Source: Gonapodya sp. JEL0774 (taxonomy: Eukaryota). Taken from it: a DNA stretch of 64,000 nt. Positions 25,101-38,101 of this stretch are shown here, one piece after another; within the stretch, counting starts at the first letter, position 1; each line of letters begins with the position of its first letter. Under the pieces are notes generated by a model. It was not told the DNA's origin. It did no database searches and saw only the letters and a program-made list of their open reading frames with translations. The position numbers and the translations under genes were made by a program. The DNA lies in assembly GCA_027604505.1 (NCBI GenBank), contig JADIIX010000051.1:1-64000 (forward strand), written 5' to 3'.

Positions 25101-26359
25101 TTTCCTGAGTCGTTCTCGTCAGATTCTCTCGAGAAAGAAGCAAACGGTGACATATAAACGGATCACGCTCGATAGATGGGTCCCTGGTGTCTGCTCCTGG
25201 TGATTCAAAGGTCAGCAGCTGATCAACTAAAGGAAGGAGTTATATGGATCAAAACAAGCGACTGAGAATAAAATCGCTGAGTAGATAAAATGCAAGATCT
25301 GCGCACGCGAATCGTCAGGCATTGTCGGGTGACGACGTGGAGGTGTTTCGTCTTCGCATTAGTACACCCCGTGCGCAGTTTCATGCAAGGCTATATTGCC
25401 AGGACCGCACTCAGTCACCGCGCAGAACGCCGGACTCGATTAATATAATCCCAATGACTACACTGTAAATACAGGCAAAACACAACTCTTCTTCATCTAA
25501 TACCTTCCATCGGCCGATTTTTGGTTGATGTGTGTTTGGAACTGGACATCCCGCCGTCCTTACTCGAATGGAAACCCCTTCAAGAAACCTCGTCCAAAAC
25601 ACTCGGAGCCAAGATTCCCCACGACAAATTCATTCTGTCTAGACAACGCTAGCGATTTATGGGAGAATCCAGGAAAATCGAAGTGCAGGGTCGATGTAGT
25701 CCGGGAAACAAGCACCGTTGTCTACCAATTCTCTCCCAAAATGCCTGATGGCAGTTCCTTTGTCCCGATTGGTCCTTCCCGAAGGTAATGCGGGGATGGG
25801 ATGCTCATTTATATCTGAAAAGAGTGGTGGGTGGGCCATCAATTGCCATTCGCGCACGGAAGAAAGTCACCATGACTGATTCATTACTCCCCCCATCATC
25901 ATTGGATCTGCATGGTGCCGGTGAAGATTTCCTTGCCGAAGACGATACAAAGCCAATGCAATTCTGGTATTGTTTTTTATTATTTAAAACTGGCGAGTAA
26001 AGGTCTTCGAGTACGGAAAAAAGTCCAGCTGTCGTGCGGTCACCTGGCCGCGTGGAGTGTGGAGCCACCCCTTCTCAAGCATATCATCCCCATGCGACTA
26101 CACTGGAGGGTACATCACTGGTATACATCAAAAAGATCAAGATTTGGGGAAACCAAAAAGAGGAGACGTGTACGTCATATCAAGAAGGCCTCAATCTCAA
26201 AAGATGATCATGCTTACACTGACTGGTCGGTGTGGGAGTACCGCAAATTATTTTTGTATTTTATTGCAAGTAATAGCAGAAACTACATCTCAAGCTCCAC
26301 TCCAAACGAAAAACATTCAAGTGCAAGATCATCACAACCACTCAATTCAGACTCCCAAT

Positions 26360-28676
26360 TCAAAACCAACCCCTTCCGTCTCTCCCTGCTCCTCCGAATG
26401 GCCCCCACCACCCAAAGGCACCAGGACCACCCCATGGCGGTGGCGGCATTCCTTCGCGAGCGGCACCCTCGGCGGGAGGCATTGGCGGCATTGGCGGCAT
26501 GGGTGGCACGGGTGGCATCGGGGGCATACCGTGAGGGAATCCCCATGGACCGTGACCGTGACCGTACGGGTGAGCTCCCGGTGGACCGTGGTGTCGTCCC
26601 CTCCTGTGCGGACCTCCCCACCTCGACGGGCCGGCACCTGATCCAGATGCTTCCGCTTCGTCCGACGAAGACGACACTGCGGTTCCGTCACGCTCGCATT
26701 TCGCCCACTTGCGACCCTTGAGCATATCCTCGATGACACGCTGGATCTCTCCGTTGTGCTTGCGCAGAAGGTGGCGGGCGATCCTCTCCTGCTTAACGCG
26801 GCGTTCAGGGGTAGACGAGTCGAAGTCAAGCACGGCCGCGATTTGCGCCAGAGCAGCAGCGTCGAAAGCCGCGGGGGTCCCCATAGCGGTGAAGTCGTGG
26901 GTGGGGTGAACATCGGCAGCCTTGGCGTGGCACGCATTGCACAGGTCGTAGTTGGAGCACGTTTGGCACTGGGTATGGAGAGAGAAAGGCTGATCAATCG
27001 ACTGGTTCAAGCGAAATCAACAGATATCATGGAGTACACACCTTAAACCGTTCCACGAGACCGTTCTTGCCGCATCCATCGCACGTGACCGTGTTCCAGA
27101 ATCCGTCCGGTTGGGCGATCGGGACAAACTCGTGCGACACATCGTGGAGTTCTTGCTTCTTGACGTTGCATTCGTCGCAAAGATCGTAATCTATGAGAAG
27201 GTGACACGTGCGAATATTCGTTTCAGCAAAACGATACGTTTACATGGTTCAAGGTAAAGCACACAAAAGCTCACCATTGCATGTCTGGCATCTCCACCTA
27301 GTCCCGACCCACTCTTTCTTCGAGCATCCATCGCAAGTGACTCCCCACCACCTCTTGTCGGCTTCTGGGTCCCCCATCCTCCTCATCCACCTCCCAAAGT
27401 GGCGACCACCAGGGCCATGGTGGTGTCCATGATGTCCAGGTCCACGTGCTTCCCTCGAGGTGCCAAGAAGTTCTCCGAGAGGGCCTTCTACTGTGATTCC
27501 CCACGATCTGGAGGCGAGAGATGGCCCAAGGTCCCGGATGAGCCTCGGGATGTACGATCTAGGAGCGGACTCGATGAGCGAGAGCACAGTGTCGACCTGG
27601 GGCTGCAAGTTCGCCAAAAAGGCCTGGTAGGCAGCCTCCTCCTCCTCGGCGCGGCGACGAGCTTCGGCCTCCTCTGCCGCACGGCGTGCGGCTGCTTCGG
27701 CTTGCTGAGCTGCACGTTGAGCAGCTTCCTGGGCGGCTCTGACAGCTGCTTCGGCGGCTTTGGCAGCGGCTTCTTCAGCACGTTGGGCGGCTTGGACAGC
27801 TGCTTGCTCTGCCTGTTGGCGGGCTGACTCGGCTTCGGCCTCGGCCTCGGCCTCCTTCTGGATGCGAGCTGCGCCGACCTCAGCAGTTTCAGTGTCGGAG
27901 ACGGTCTTATGTGAGGGGAAAGCGAAGGTGAGTCATGCGAACGGTGACAAGGTGACACAAGCGAAGTGCAAACGAGGTCCAGTCGAGACTGACAGCAGCT
28001 CCAGAATGCACAGCAGAAAATACTTTGTGGATACGAAGTGAGATATGCACCTTATGCCACTCCTCAATGTTACAAGTGCGGATCCAAAAGCAACAACTCG
28101 CACGGGTGCGTTCACGAAATTGTGCTAACAAGCACAGGAAACTCACCATCTTCTCAACACCCTGCCTTGCATTCTCCACCACCATGATAAACGCGTCCTT
28201 GGATTCCTTGTTGGGTTGCGCAGCCTCGGGGTTCACGGTGACCACTTCGACACGCACTGCGCGAGCTCCAGAGGCGCCAGTAGACCTCTGAGCGTAGTTG
28301 AGGAGCTCCTGAAATTCGGGATTGGTATCGATGGTGACTGAGGAAAGGGACATCGGAGGTCGGTGAGTGAAATGTATGAGCCGCACGGTACAACCAGCCA
28401 GTAGTGGAAGAACGAGAGCTGTGTACTCACTCTTGTCACCATCCTCGTCCACATAGGTAACAGAGATCTGTTGGTTAGCGGGGATAGAGTGCGAGGCGCG
28501 AATTCGCTCAACGAGCTGCATGAAGGGACATGTGTCACGACTTTGCTGAGAAACACCCGCAGACAACGCCAAAGAGCGCAAAAGAGCAAGGAACGTACCT
28601 CATCCCATGAACTTGGATTGTTAATGAGCCTGGTGGCTCCTCCGAATGCGACTTTGATTCCAACAGGCTGACTCAT
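26360..28676 (-). CDS. PB1 - coiled coil - 2x ZZ zinc finger - UBA-like protein (p62/NBR1-like autophagy receptor)
   Basis: PB1 IKVAFGG...ISVTYVDEDGDK; ZZ1 VTCDGCSKKEWVGTRWRCQTCN|DYDLCDEC; ZZ2 VTCDGCGKNGLVERFK|CQTCSNYDLCNAC; UBA-like LLRKHNGEIQRVIEDML; G/P/H/W-rich tail. Confidence 0.85.
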
Positions 28677-29180
28677 TGGATAGAGATTCTTCTAATTCTC
28701 GTTGATGCAGAAGCTGGCTTTGTAAAAGAGAGCTCTCGATGTGTGCGGTTTCGATGAGAGCGAAGGAACCGATTGGGAACAGCGAGCGAACAGGTGCTCG
28801 ATTATAAAGTGGAGGAACACGCAAGAGCTTGCGTTTGTGGGTCGCGGGAGCTGCAGCCTCAAAGGGGTCCCAGCTTGCGACACTCCCCTCATAAGCATTC
28901 CACAATATTCCATTTTCTTCCACACCCAATGAATAGGAATTATGTAATAGTCTTCTCAGTTTACAAATGATGTGATCGTTGGAACCAGAAAATTCGCTCC
29001 TGAGTGGAACGAGTGCAAAAAAGTATTTTCAAAAATTAGTGGAGCTGCCTTATATTCCATAGATATTGCGTGAAGCATGACTTTCTCAGGCCACATTTTT
29101 AACTCATTCATCTCCGGGTGGGTTGCGAGTTCGGTCCATCAGCAGCCCGATTTCCGACCAACTATATTACATACATCAGA

Positions 29181-30636
29181 ATGGCACCAACCACGTTTCC
29201 CGGCTTCAAGGAGCTGATTGTCTCAGTATCAGAAGATGGACAGGTACTTCAATACTCACGCGTGTGGTTGGGATGGTATCGGAAGCACTCAATAATTTGC
29301 TCCCGGAATTGATTCCAGATTGGAACCATCAAGTGAGCATGCTTCATCCACCGGGCTGTTATAGAAAACCTACACAATTATTCTTTGCGATCTGAATGGG
29401 GTTGCGTGTCGTGTCGTTGTCCCAGAATCAATCGCCCACAATCCTTGAATTCTCTCACTGCCGAAGTCAATGTCGAGCTTGCAAAGGCCCTGGTCATCCT
29501 CGCCAAGGTATCTTCAGGGTGATATTGATCCTTTGGAAACGGATGGTGTTTCAAGGAGCGATTTTCTTGATGCTCAATATTTAGCACCCGTCGACAGTCT
29601 TCACTGTGATCACTGGGGAAGGCAGATTCTTCTCATCTGGAGCAGATGTCCGTGGCTCCAGAGCTCTACCAGACTTGGAAACGGATGTGGAGAAGAAAAT
29701 CAGCAGAGTTGGCGCCATGGCCGTCACCATCGAATACCAACGTGTGAGCACCTGCGAACTCGGTCCCCGGCGCGACTCCGCCCCAACGTTCGCCTTCGCC
29801 CCGTCGCACAGCTCATGATTGAACACCCAAAACTCCTCATCATGGCGCTCAACGGGGGAATCATCGGCGTTGCGGCCGCTTGGTGCGGCTTCGCAGACAT
29901 TATCCTCGCTGCGGACTCGGCGTTCCTGCAGATCCCATTCTCGTCGCTCGGGCTCGTCCCAGAGGCCGGTACGGGTGTGACTTTCCCTGAGACGAGTAAG
30001 TAGTGGAAGCCTCCTGGTGTGTTGAGGGGAAATAGTTCGGGCGACCGCAAGCGGAATCCTGTGCTCGCTGTGCCTCTTCTGTTGTGGCCAATTAGAAATC
30101 GCTTTTTTTTGCCTGTCACACTTGCGACGCCCGATTGACCGATATGTATCTACACTCACACTACACATTTAAACCCTGTACTCACAGTGGGCATCCGCCT
30201 CGCCACCGAAGTCCTCGCCTTTGGCCGCAAAATCACCGCCCAGGAGATGCTCGAAATGCGCTTCATTAACAGAGTGTTCCCGACTGCAACGTTCCAGAAG
30301 GATGTGGACGCGTACCTCAACGAGCAGCTTGCGGTCAACGACGCGGGATCCATGCTCGTCGCCAAAAAGGTGAGGGAGCATGCTTTCTTTTGCCTGTTTT
30401 GTCCCTCTTCCTCGCAAGGCTCTCATTGTTGTTCTTTTCCATATCCCCCATATCCAATACCGCTCATCACCCGTCCATTCCCTCAGCTCCTCGTCCAACC
30501 CCGTCTTCAAAGTCGACTCATTGGCGTCACTGAAGCCAACAATGAGTTGAGCGAGCGGTTTATCACGGGGATTCCGGCAAAGCGGTTCGCTATCAAGGCC
30601 GCCCAGCTGGCGGCAAAGAGGAAAAGCAAACTGTAA
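29181..30636 (+). CDS. Peroxisomal enoyl-CoA delta isomerase (crotonase family)
   Basis: TGEGRFFSSGADV, LIMALNGGIIG, FLQIPFSSLGLVPEAG, GRKITAQE; ends in PTS1 signal -SKL*. Confidence 0.88.
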
Positions 30637-31017
30637 CAGTAATTCCACATTTATGAGATTGTAAATCGATGGTGATTTCGGTTTTGCAAATGAATTCCGC
30701 TTGAGACGAGCTCCAATCACAATTGTGTTATTCAAACAAGGCAAATTGGAAAGAGTACAACAAGATTGCCATCAGAAGTATAGGTGGAATTGTCGAGTAT
30801 GATACGTCCGATATCCCCGCCAACAGTTCTTCGCATCAGATATCCGCTTCCTGAGCTGACCCCTCGTGTCAACTGGCATACCGCAGAATATCATGCGCCT
30901 TAGGGCCAGGACGGGAATCTCAACCACTTGGGAGTCCACTCAGCATATCTACGGATCCGAAGGAAAAATCTCGTGTTGAAACCGTCCGAGCCGTGTCCAT
31001 GGTGAAAACACACCTAC

Positions 31018-32385
31018 TTACCCCGGAGTGATCCTACCCGCCGGCATTATATACCTCCCAGAAGAAGTGTTGAGCATCATTGCAGTGGCGAGGTAGAGCT
31101 ATTCACAAGCAAAAGCGTTTACTTTAGAATGTTTTGAGAGAAGCCGTCGTCCCTAGTAACGGAGTTCGCTCGTCAAACACTCACTCCAGAGAAGCCGCAA
31201 CACAACCCGAAAGCGCCCGAAGCGGTTTTACAGTGTTCATTATCTGAGTGTGGTAGAATTGAGAGTGAATGTAGATGATCGTGGGGGAACCAGATCAAAT
31301 CGTCCTTACATCCACCAGCAGCTCCGACAAAAAACAGCAGCGAGGCGAACCCGAACACCATCTGCATCCGGAGGTGAAGTCAAACGCTGAACGATAATCA
31401 CTGTATAGGTAATATCTTTCACCTGAAGAGCGACCGCTATCGTAAGAAACAAGAGGTCATTTGTGAGATGGACCGGTCGTATTTGCAAGATGGACGTGCT
31501 TCTCACCGATGCGTGAGGCCATCAAGAACAGAACAAAGGCCAAATATCCGTACAAAGAATAGAAGATAGCAAGGCCGACCTGCAGAAGGGTTGCAGAAAG
31601 GTTGCAGGACGAGCATACTCTATACATCAATGAGCAAACAGAACAGTCGACCTTACTTTGGATTTCAGAGAAGCTGCACCGCCAACTCCATAAGCTCCCG
31701 TAAGGACGAGTATGTAATAGAGCGCGACCCCCATAAAGAAGGCGCCCCAAGTAACAAAGCATGTGCTACAGGCATTAGAATCGTGAATCTCCTAGCACAG
31801 ATCAGTCGCATCGAAAGATTGTACCGACCTTCCGAATGGGTTCTTTTTCTTGTATTCAAGGAGACCTGTGATTACGGGCGGCGGGTCATTCAAGGAAGCT
31901 CAGTGATCTTGTGAAAGTACAATTGAACGTACCAGCAATGATCTGCGCAATCCCGCCGTGGAACTACGTAGGAGATGTCCAAATTACTAGCAGAAAAAAG
32001 TTGTGACGAACGCAAATCACCTTACCAGCACTATCGGCATTATCAAATCCGCTCTGTGAAAACGTAGCGTAAGACAGTTAGGAGGTGGGAGCAACGATAG
32101 TGTTGTTGAAACTCACGAAGCAGCTTCAGGAACCTCTAGATTCATAAAACCAAAAAGAATCGTAGAGATTGAGAAGGCGAAAAGACCCAGAGGGCTGAAA
32201 AGATGACGGTGGGTGAACTTCTCACACGCTCATTGTTCGCGGTTCACGTACGAAGGATCAACGATCGTTTCAGCCGTATCCATGATAGCAACATGATACA
32301 GCAGTGGCTCGCGTTCAACCTGGTGCTTGAGCATCTTGGAGGTATCATCGGCTTGAGCTTCAACGTCCGGAACGGGGAGAGGCAT
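31018..32385 (-). CDS. GPR1/FUN34/YaaH (Ato/SatP) acetate transporter, many short exons
   Basis: Spliced: IVDPS|PLGLFAFSISTILFGFMNL...VL|FHGGIAQIIA|GLLEYKKKNPFG|STCFVTWGAFFMG...GLCCGFSG|LYLATAMMLN. Family motif NPAPLGL appears as DPSPLGL; includes a 14-nt exon at 31423-31436; 3' end tentative. Confidence 0.85.
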
Positions 32386-33170
32386 TCTTTAGTTCTCAAA
32401 TGGGGTCAATGTGAAGCTTCAGTAGATTCTTGGTTGTTCTTCACTCGAAGCTGATGTGAAAGGAAAGCTTCAGTTAGAAAGTAGGTATTTCGGAAGTGGT
32501 TTAAATAGTGACTCAGACTGGTGTCACCCATTACAGTAGTGACTCACTCTGTCACCAACGGGCAAGAAAGAGCCTCCATCGCTCCAGTATGCAATAGTCA
32601 TCTTATTGGAACTTCGTCTCGATTTTAATGTGAAGGAAACTCTGAAGAGCACATATAGCACGTTCAGCTTATGTATCACTTGAAATGAATACTGGAACGG
32701 TCCCGAACAGGGGCATCATTCTTTTGTCTCCCGCTCCTGATCATGCTGAGTTCCGCCGGCATTCAGCACTACTTTTCAAACAAAGCGCGGAATCAGCGAA
32801 TCTCTATACGCATGGAAATGTTCCTATCGTGCAAGAAACAGGACGGTACTGACTAAACGGTGCAACAGTCAGCCAAGTCACCAGCACTCCCGCCACCCCC
32901 GCCAAACACCTTTCCCAATACGTATTTTACAACAGTGCAAAGGAGGCTTAAATCACGCGTAAGCGGAGTATAAAATGAGAGTTCACGCTGACTGAGTTGG
33001 AAATGTGGGCTCGGATTGAGTAGAACCCCGACCTGCACGAGGGTGTAGCTTCACAGGACACACTGGACACACCAGTCCGTGTGTGGGGAATAGTGGCAAG
33101 TTCCATGAGGCTCAACCTAAGCTTTTCTTTGTCCACCAATCGCAAAGTCAGCAAGTTCCCAGATTTCTGT

Positions 33171-33345
33171 TGGCGAGTTGGTGTGTTTGCGAGTTGTTTG
33201 CAGGTTACATTATAAGTGGTGTGTTTGCGAGTTTGCGAGTTACGAGTTACAAAATAAGACAGTTGAGAAAATTGTTTGGGCTCCTCGAAGGGCTCGCAAA
33301 TTCGACGTGTACCGGGGGTCTGTTTGCGAGTTGTTTGCGAGTTAC
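33171..33345. repeat. Cluster of ~7 GTTTGCGAGTT-like motifs in the divergent Ato/WW-gene intergenic region
   Basis: gcgagtt/acgagtt occurs seven times between 33171 and 33345, plus an inverted ctcgcaaa at 33293. Confidence 0.75.
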
Positions 33346-33483
33346 ACATATTCTGAAAGAAGAAATCCACTTCGAGGTGTCACGGTGGATGTACAAGTAA
33401 CTGTGGCGAGCACACGTGGCGGTGTGGATGGGCTGTGGTCATGGCAGTTGCTTGATCAAGTCTGTCCGTTCGCCAAGACCACA

Positions 33484-34500
33484 ATGGACCCCCGTTCTCT
33501 TCCCCCCGGTGAGTGGCGACGGGATTGCTGCACGAGTCTAGAGACGTCTCCCCGCCGTCTGAGACGGCAAGCGACGCGATTCCCAGTTACGGTGTTGAAT
33601 TGAGATAATTGAGTCTCACCTCTCCTTGATTCCTCCACACTCCGCTCGTTGCAACCTACTGTTTATCGTCTCTACTATCTAATCCGTTACCTCGTCCGCT
33701 AGGTTGGATCTCCCAGGTATGTGTGCCATCGTTTAGCCAGAAACATGATGATCATTCGTACTCAATTTCATCAATCCCGGCTGCGGAAATCTAGTATGAC
33801 CAAAACTCAGGACGATACTACTTCGTGCTGACCACGTCAAACCCACCGTGTGAGTTGAAACGGCGGTGGGGGTAAAAACCCCCAAATCCTCGCTCACACC
33901 AACCCGCTTGAACTTGCGGGAATCGGCCCTGTCCGGGTCCCGAATATAATTTTCACAATTGAATCATATTTAGATACCACTTGGGTAAGTGTCCAGGCAT
34001 TTTGCTCCCGTTTTCCCTTCCAGTTATCTCACCTCATGATCGCTCAAAGACGGATCCCCGAGGACCCCCGGCTCCTGCTCCTCCTCCCCAAACCTACCGC
34101 CCACCCGCTCAAGTCTATGTTCAATCCCCGGCCCCACAGGTTGTGGTCCAGCAGCAGCCGCAAGTTGTCGTGCAGCAGCGCCCGCATTACGTATCCACGC
34201 CTGCCTACGGGGCAGGTATAGGCGTTTCGTCTGCGCTCACAGGAGCGCTCATCGGAGGTGCGATTTTGGGGGCCGGACATCACCATCATCACTACGGCAA
34301 GTTCACATTCGTGCTCTCCGCAACCGCATGAACCTCATCACCCCTCTCCCCGGTTACGGTATTCAATAGGCGGCTTCGACGGACCCGATATTGGGTTCGG
34401 TGGGATTGATGGTGCGGACTTTGGCTATGGAGGCTTTGATGGAGCAGATTTCGGTGGCTTTGGATTCGACGGGGCAGATTTCGGAGGCGGCTGGAAATAG
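33484..34500 (+). CDS. WW-domain, Pro/Gln- and Gly-rich protein (Wwm1-like), 6 exons
   Basis: Exons 33484-33508, 33703-33716, 33795-33849, 33974-33984, 34050-34296, 34370-34500 give MDPRSLPPGWISQYDQNSGRYYFVLTTSNPPYTTWTDPRG...GALIGGAILG...(GFDGADFG)n GWK*; last intron is GC-AG. Confidence 0.85.
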
Positions 34501-34914
34501 AGTGAAGTTGGATCACTGAAGGAAGAAATCTATTGGCTTGTACGTCGAGGGTCTGGCAAGTTGAATATATTCTTCGACGTTTTTGGGCAATCCGACCATA
34601 GTTCTGAAGCTTCTTCATGAAGGTGGAGATTCTCACTTCTGACAACTGTCGGCAAAATTCACATTCACCTCAGAGGATATTCTTTGCTCAGAATAGTATT
34701 GTTCCGCTGGAGTGTATGTCTTGGGACGTTCGCAACTTCAAGTCCGATCTATGGCAACCAGGACAGAACCTTTCGGAAGCAGTGTACGTATTCTTCCATT
34801 TTCTTTTTTTGTTCAGTATTTCGGCTCATAGTCACAAAAACCGCCTGAAGGACATAACAGGCTTGAGCGTGCAAATCAAATTCTCCCGCAGCACAGACCA
34901 CAGAAATTGAGTAG

Positions 34915-35013
34915 ACTAACCCATGATCAAACGGCCGACAGGTTTTCAACATTATTGCGCATTCCATTTCATTTATTTATCGTGTAAACTGGCCTGTTTC
35001 CTGGGAAAATCCA
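34915..35013 (+). repeat. ~100-bp direct repeat, copy 1
   Basis: actaac(c/a)catgatcaaacggccgacag(g/t)ttttcaacattattgcgcattccatttcatt... also found at 38102. Confidence 0.9.
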
Positions 35014-35565
35014 TATTAGTCATTGACAAGCACCACCAATTATGAGAGGTGCGGCGTGAGCTGTTGCACCTTAGGAGTTGGCGGTTTTCTATCAGATTCT
35101 ATTGCTTATTGTATTCTGTAAACGAATTTTAAAGCGGACTGCCTGTTCTGAGTCGACGCGTTTCATTCAAATCAACGGTCTTCCCTGTGCTCATGAGCAT
35201 TTGAAGGCCCCGCGGGTATGAAGCAGATTTCGTTTCTGGGTGGCCGTTCGATCATAGTATAGTAGACCTCTGTTCTTGCAACAGTTCGGGCGGGAAAGAA
35301 AGTCGTGGTGCTGTTGCCCACTGCGTTTCACACGCCCGGATATGATTATTTTGGTACCGTCTTCTGCGCACTACAACAACCAACATTTTATTCGCAAATT
35401 TTTTTTGGGGAGGGTTTAATTGATTCGGAAGGATTGGAGTAATTATTTGATTTTCTGTGTTCCTTACGGTGCTGTGGTCCGGAAAGCTGGTTGGTGCCTT
35501 GCCGAACCTTCGCAGCTTTGCAAGTCTCGGATGAGCTGAACTTCCGGACCCACCATTTACTCACA

Positions 35566-37613
35566 ATGCCAGTCAATATGTCTGGCAGCGTCGTCGGCGG
35601 AAGCAGAGAGTCGACGATGGCAAGCATGGTCGGCGTTGGTGTTATGGGGATTGCAGGTGATGGAGGTGGTGGCCCGATGAACCCGACCTTCGGAAACGAG
35701 TGGGGGACAGTAATGAGGGCAGTAGCGGGAGCCGAACACTTGGCGAGCCTTGTGCTGTACCTGGCAGCGAGCTACTGGGCGCTAGCGTCGGCGGTTGTCG
35801 TTCTGGTCTCTCTGGTGCTTGGACGCTTGAGGTGGGTCATTGGTCAAAGCGTGATCGGTGTGGAGCCCATCACTCCTCAAGGGCATACGAGCGCAAATGG
35901 ACCAGTTTGCATATTGATAATATCTCATTCTCGCTTCTCTTCATAATACAGTCTTGCGTTGCCCCTGCTGCCTGGGCTCTACCCATCGCCCATTCCTCCA
36001 ACCACACCATCTTTTGCTGCGCCTTCCCCTGAGCCTTCCACCGACTCCAAATCCATCACCATCGACCCTACATCTATCACTACTTCCTCTCTTTCTGAAT
36101 TCGAGTCTCCCCCTTCTTCTCCTTCCCTTTCTGCATCCACCCTCTCAGTTCTCTCCGCCGATGGTCCTGATGTTTTCAACTGCAAAAGGTGTGATCCTGC
36201 ACACCCTATGGTCTCACTGTCCCTGCTCAGCAATTAACAAACTCACTTCTATCTTTCTTCTCCTTTAGTCAATCTTCTACCACCGCGATATCCTCCCTTC
36301 AAGTACCTTTTACCCCTGTGCGTCATGATGGTGAGGAGTGCATCGATCTGCATCGCGACGCGGGGTGAGTATGGCACGATGCATTGCGAACGATGCTTTC
36401 ATCCGCTATGCATGAGTCCTTTCTGACCCCGGTCCTCAACTGCAATATTCTCTTGCACCGCAGCTCCACATCGACCTTGTCCCCGGTGGACGTCGTCCCT
36501 CACACGCCCTCCAGTCTTCCCTCTGAGCGGTCATCAGGAACTTTGCCATCGCAACTGGATGCTCAAACGTCATCAACTTCGTCTCCATATGCGTTGACTA
36601 TTGCTCATTCACGATCGTACCTTGAACTCGAAGCCCCTTGCGATACCACGTTGGAAGCCATTCCTACATCAGAGCAGCACACTGTGGAGGTTTCTGCTCC
36701 GGCCAACTGGCGAGGGCACGTCGTCGAGCAGGTTCCAGTGGTGGAGATCTCGGTTATTCTTGCGCGTTCCACCACCCAGAACCAATCCAAAGTCGGAGAA
36801 CCCGCTCTTGACTCACTACCCCCGCTTCCCACCCCCCCGCGGTCACCTCCTCCCCATAGGAGTATAGACTCTGCAACTGAGCAACCACAGACGGGACAGG
36901 TGCAGGCCCCTCCTTCGCCCGCATCTACCACCTGTCGGGTAGCATGTGCATCCGATTCATCATCCGAAGCCGCAATTAACCGACGTCGCAACAACCCTAC
37001 TCGATCCCGTTCTCAAAAAAGTACTCGGGATCCCAAGCTCTTCGCCCACACAACCCCGCGCCTGCCACGCACACCAGTGACTCTCGCCTCGCTCGACGCC
37101 ATCCTTGATTCCTCACTCCCTCCACTCTTCCGCCGAGCTCGCCGTGTTTCGTACAACTCCCAGTGCCGCGTACGTGTCTTCACTCCGCGAAAGTGGGAAT
37201 CAAAGGAAATTGTTGTGAATTCAGCAATTGCGGCCAAAAAAGACGGGTTTTGGTGGTGGGGTGGGAGAAAAGAGAAAGAGAGGAAGGGCAAGTGCAAGGG
37301 GAAAGATTTGCCAGCGGTGACACAACGGGATGCAGTGGAACTCGATGTGGAGGCTCTGCTGGGCGGGTGGTGGGGGGTGGTCAATGGTCAGCACGGGATC
37401 GGGGAAATGGAGGTGCTTGCATCCGCTCCAATAGGCAAACCGGAAGCCGCACATTCCGCCATGGATAGAACCTCAGCTTCCCTCCAAACTGCACCTCGAT
37501 CATCACTTTCAGGAGAACATCTGAAACCCGAACAAGAAACTGCATATTGGCGATCCTTAGCATGGGATTTGTCGGTCATGGCCGTCGGAGTAGTCGTTGC
37601 CGGAGGTTTGTGA
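35566..37613 (+). CDS. Hypothetical Ser/Pro-rich protein with N- and C-terminal hydrophobic segments (spliced)
   Basis: Hydrophobic LASLVLYLAASYWALASAVVVLVSLVL; S/P-rich ORFs 35959-36237 and 36384-37613; C-terminal WDLSVMAVGVVVAGGL. Confidence 0.55.
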
Positions 37614-38101
37614 GATGTGGTGATTGTTGCTGTGATTTCGGTGGTGGAGTTACTTGTACAGGAGATGCGGACAAATGATTCGCGCCGTTGGAGCGTTTTG
37701 CAGAACAATACCCCATCCCACACATCAGCAGCCGGCATGTGGTTTTCAACAAACTTATTTCCTTTTCGCGCGTCGCACTGTGTGACGAGCAAGCGATGGC
37801 ACGGGATACCACAGATTTGCAGCACATCTTTATCATTCGGATAGTTCTTTTCTTTGTTCGTGTCCTATACTTGAGGGTGAGGGGAGGTGTGAGCGTGCCT
37901 CGTGGCGTTTCTGTACAGAATCTTAACTTTCTGAGAGATGGATTTCATCACTACTTTTTTATTGCAATTAGAAAGTGGAGGTGGACAAGCCGAGAGCAGG
38001 AATGGAATACTGGAGAAAACGAAAAATCACAATCTTCAAACACAAAATGCAAATAATAAACATTCGTATGACAAATACAATAACACTCTTACATTTATTA
38101 C

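Noticed and set aside
25411..26350. Small ORFs between the coiled-coil gene and the PB1-ZZ gene
   Set aside because: No recognisable domain or coherent spliced model.
33171..34500. CRISPR-like interpretation of the short repeats
   Set aside because: Units are 8-11 nt with irregular spacing or are coding GFDGADFG repeats; eukaryotic context with no cas genes.
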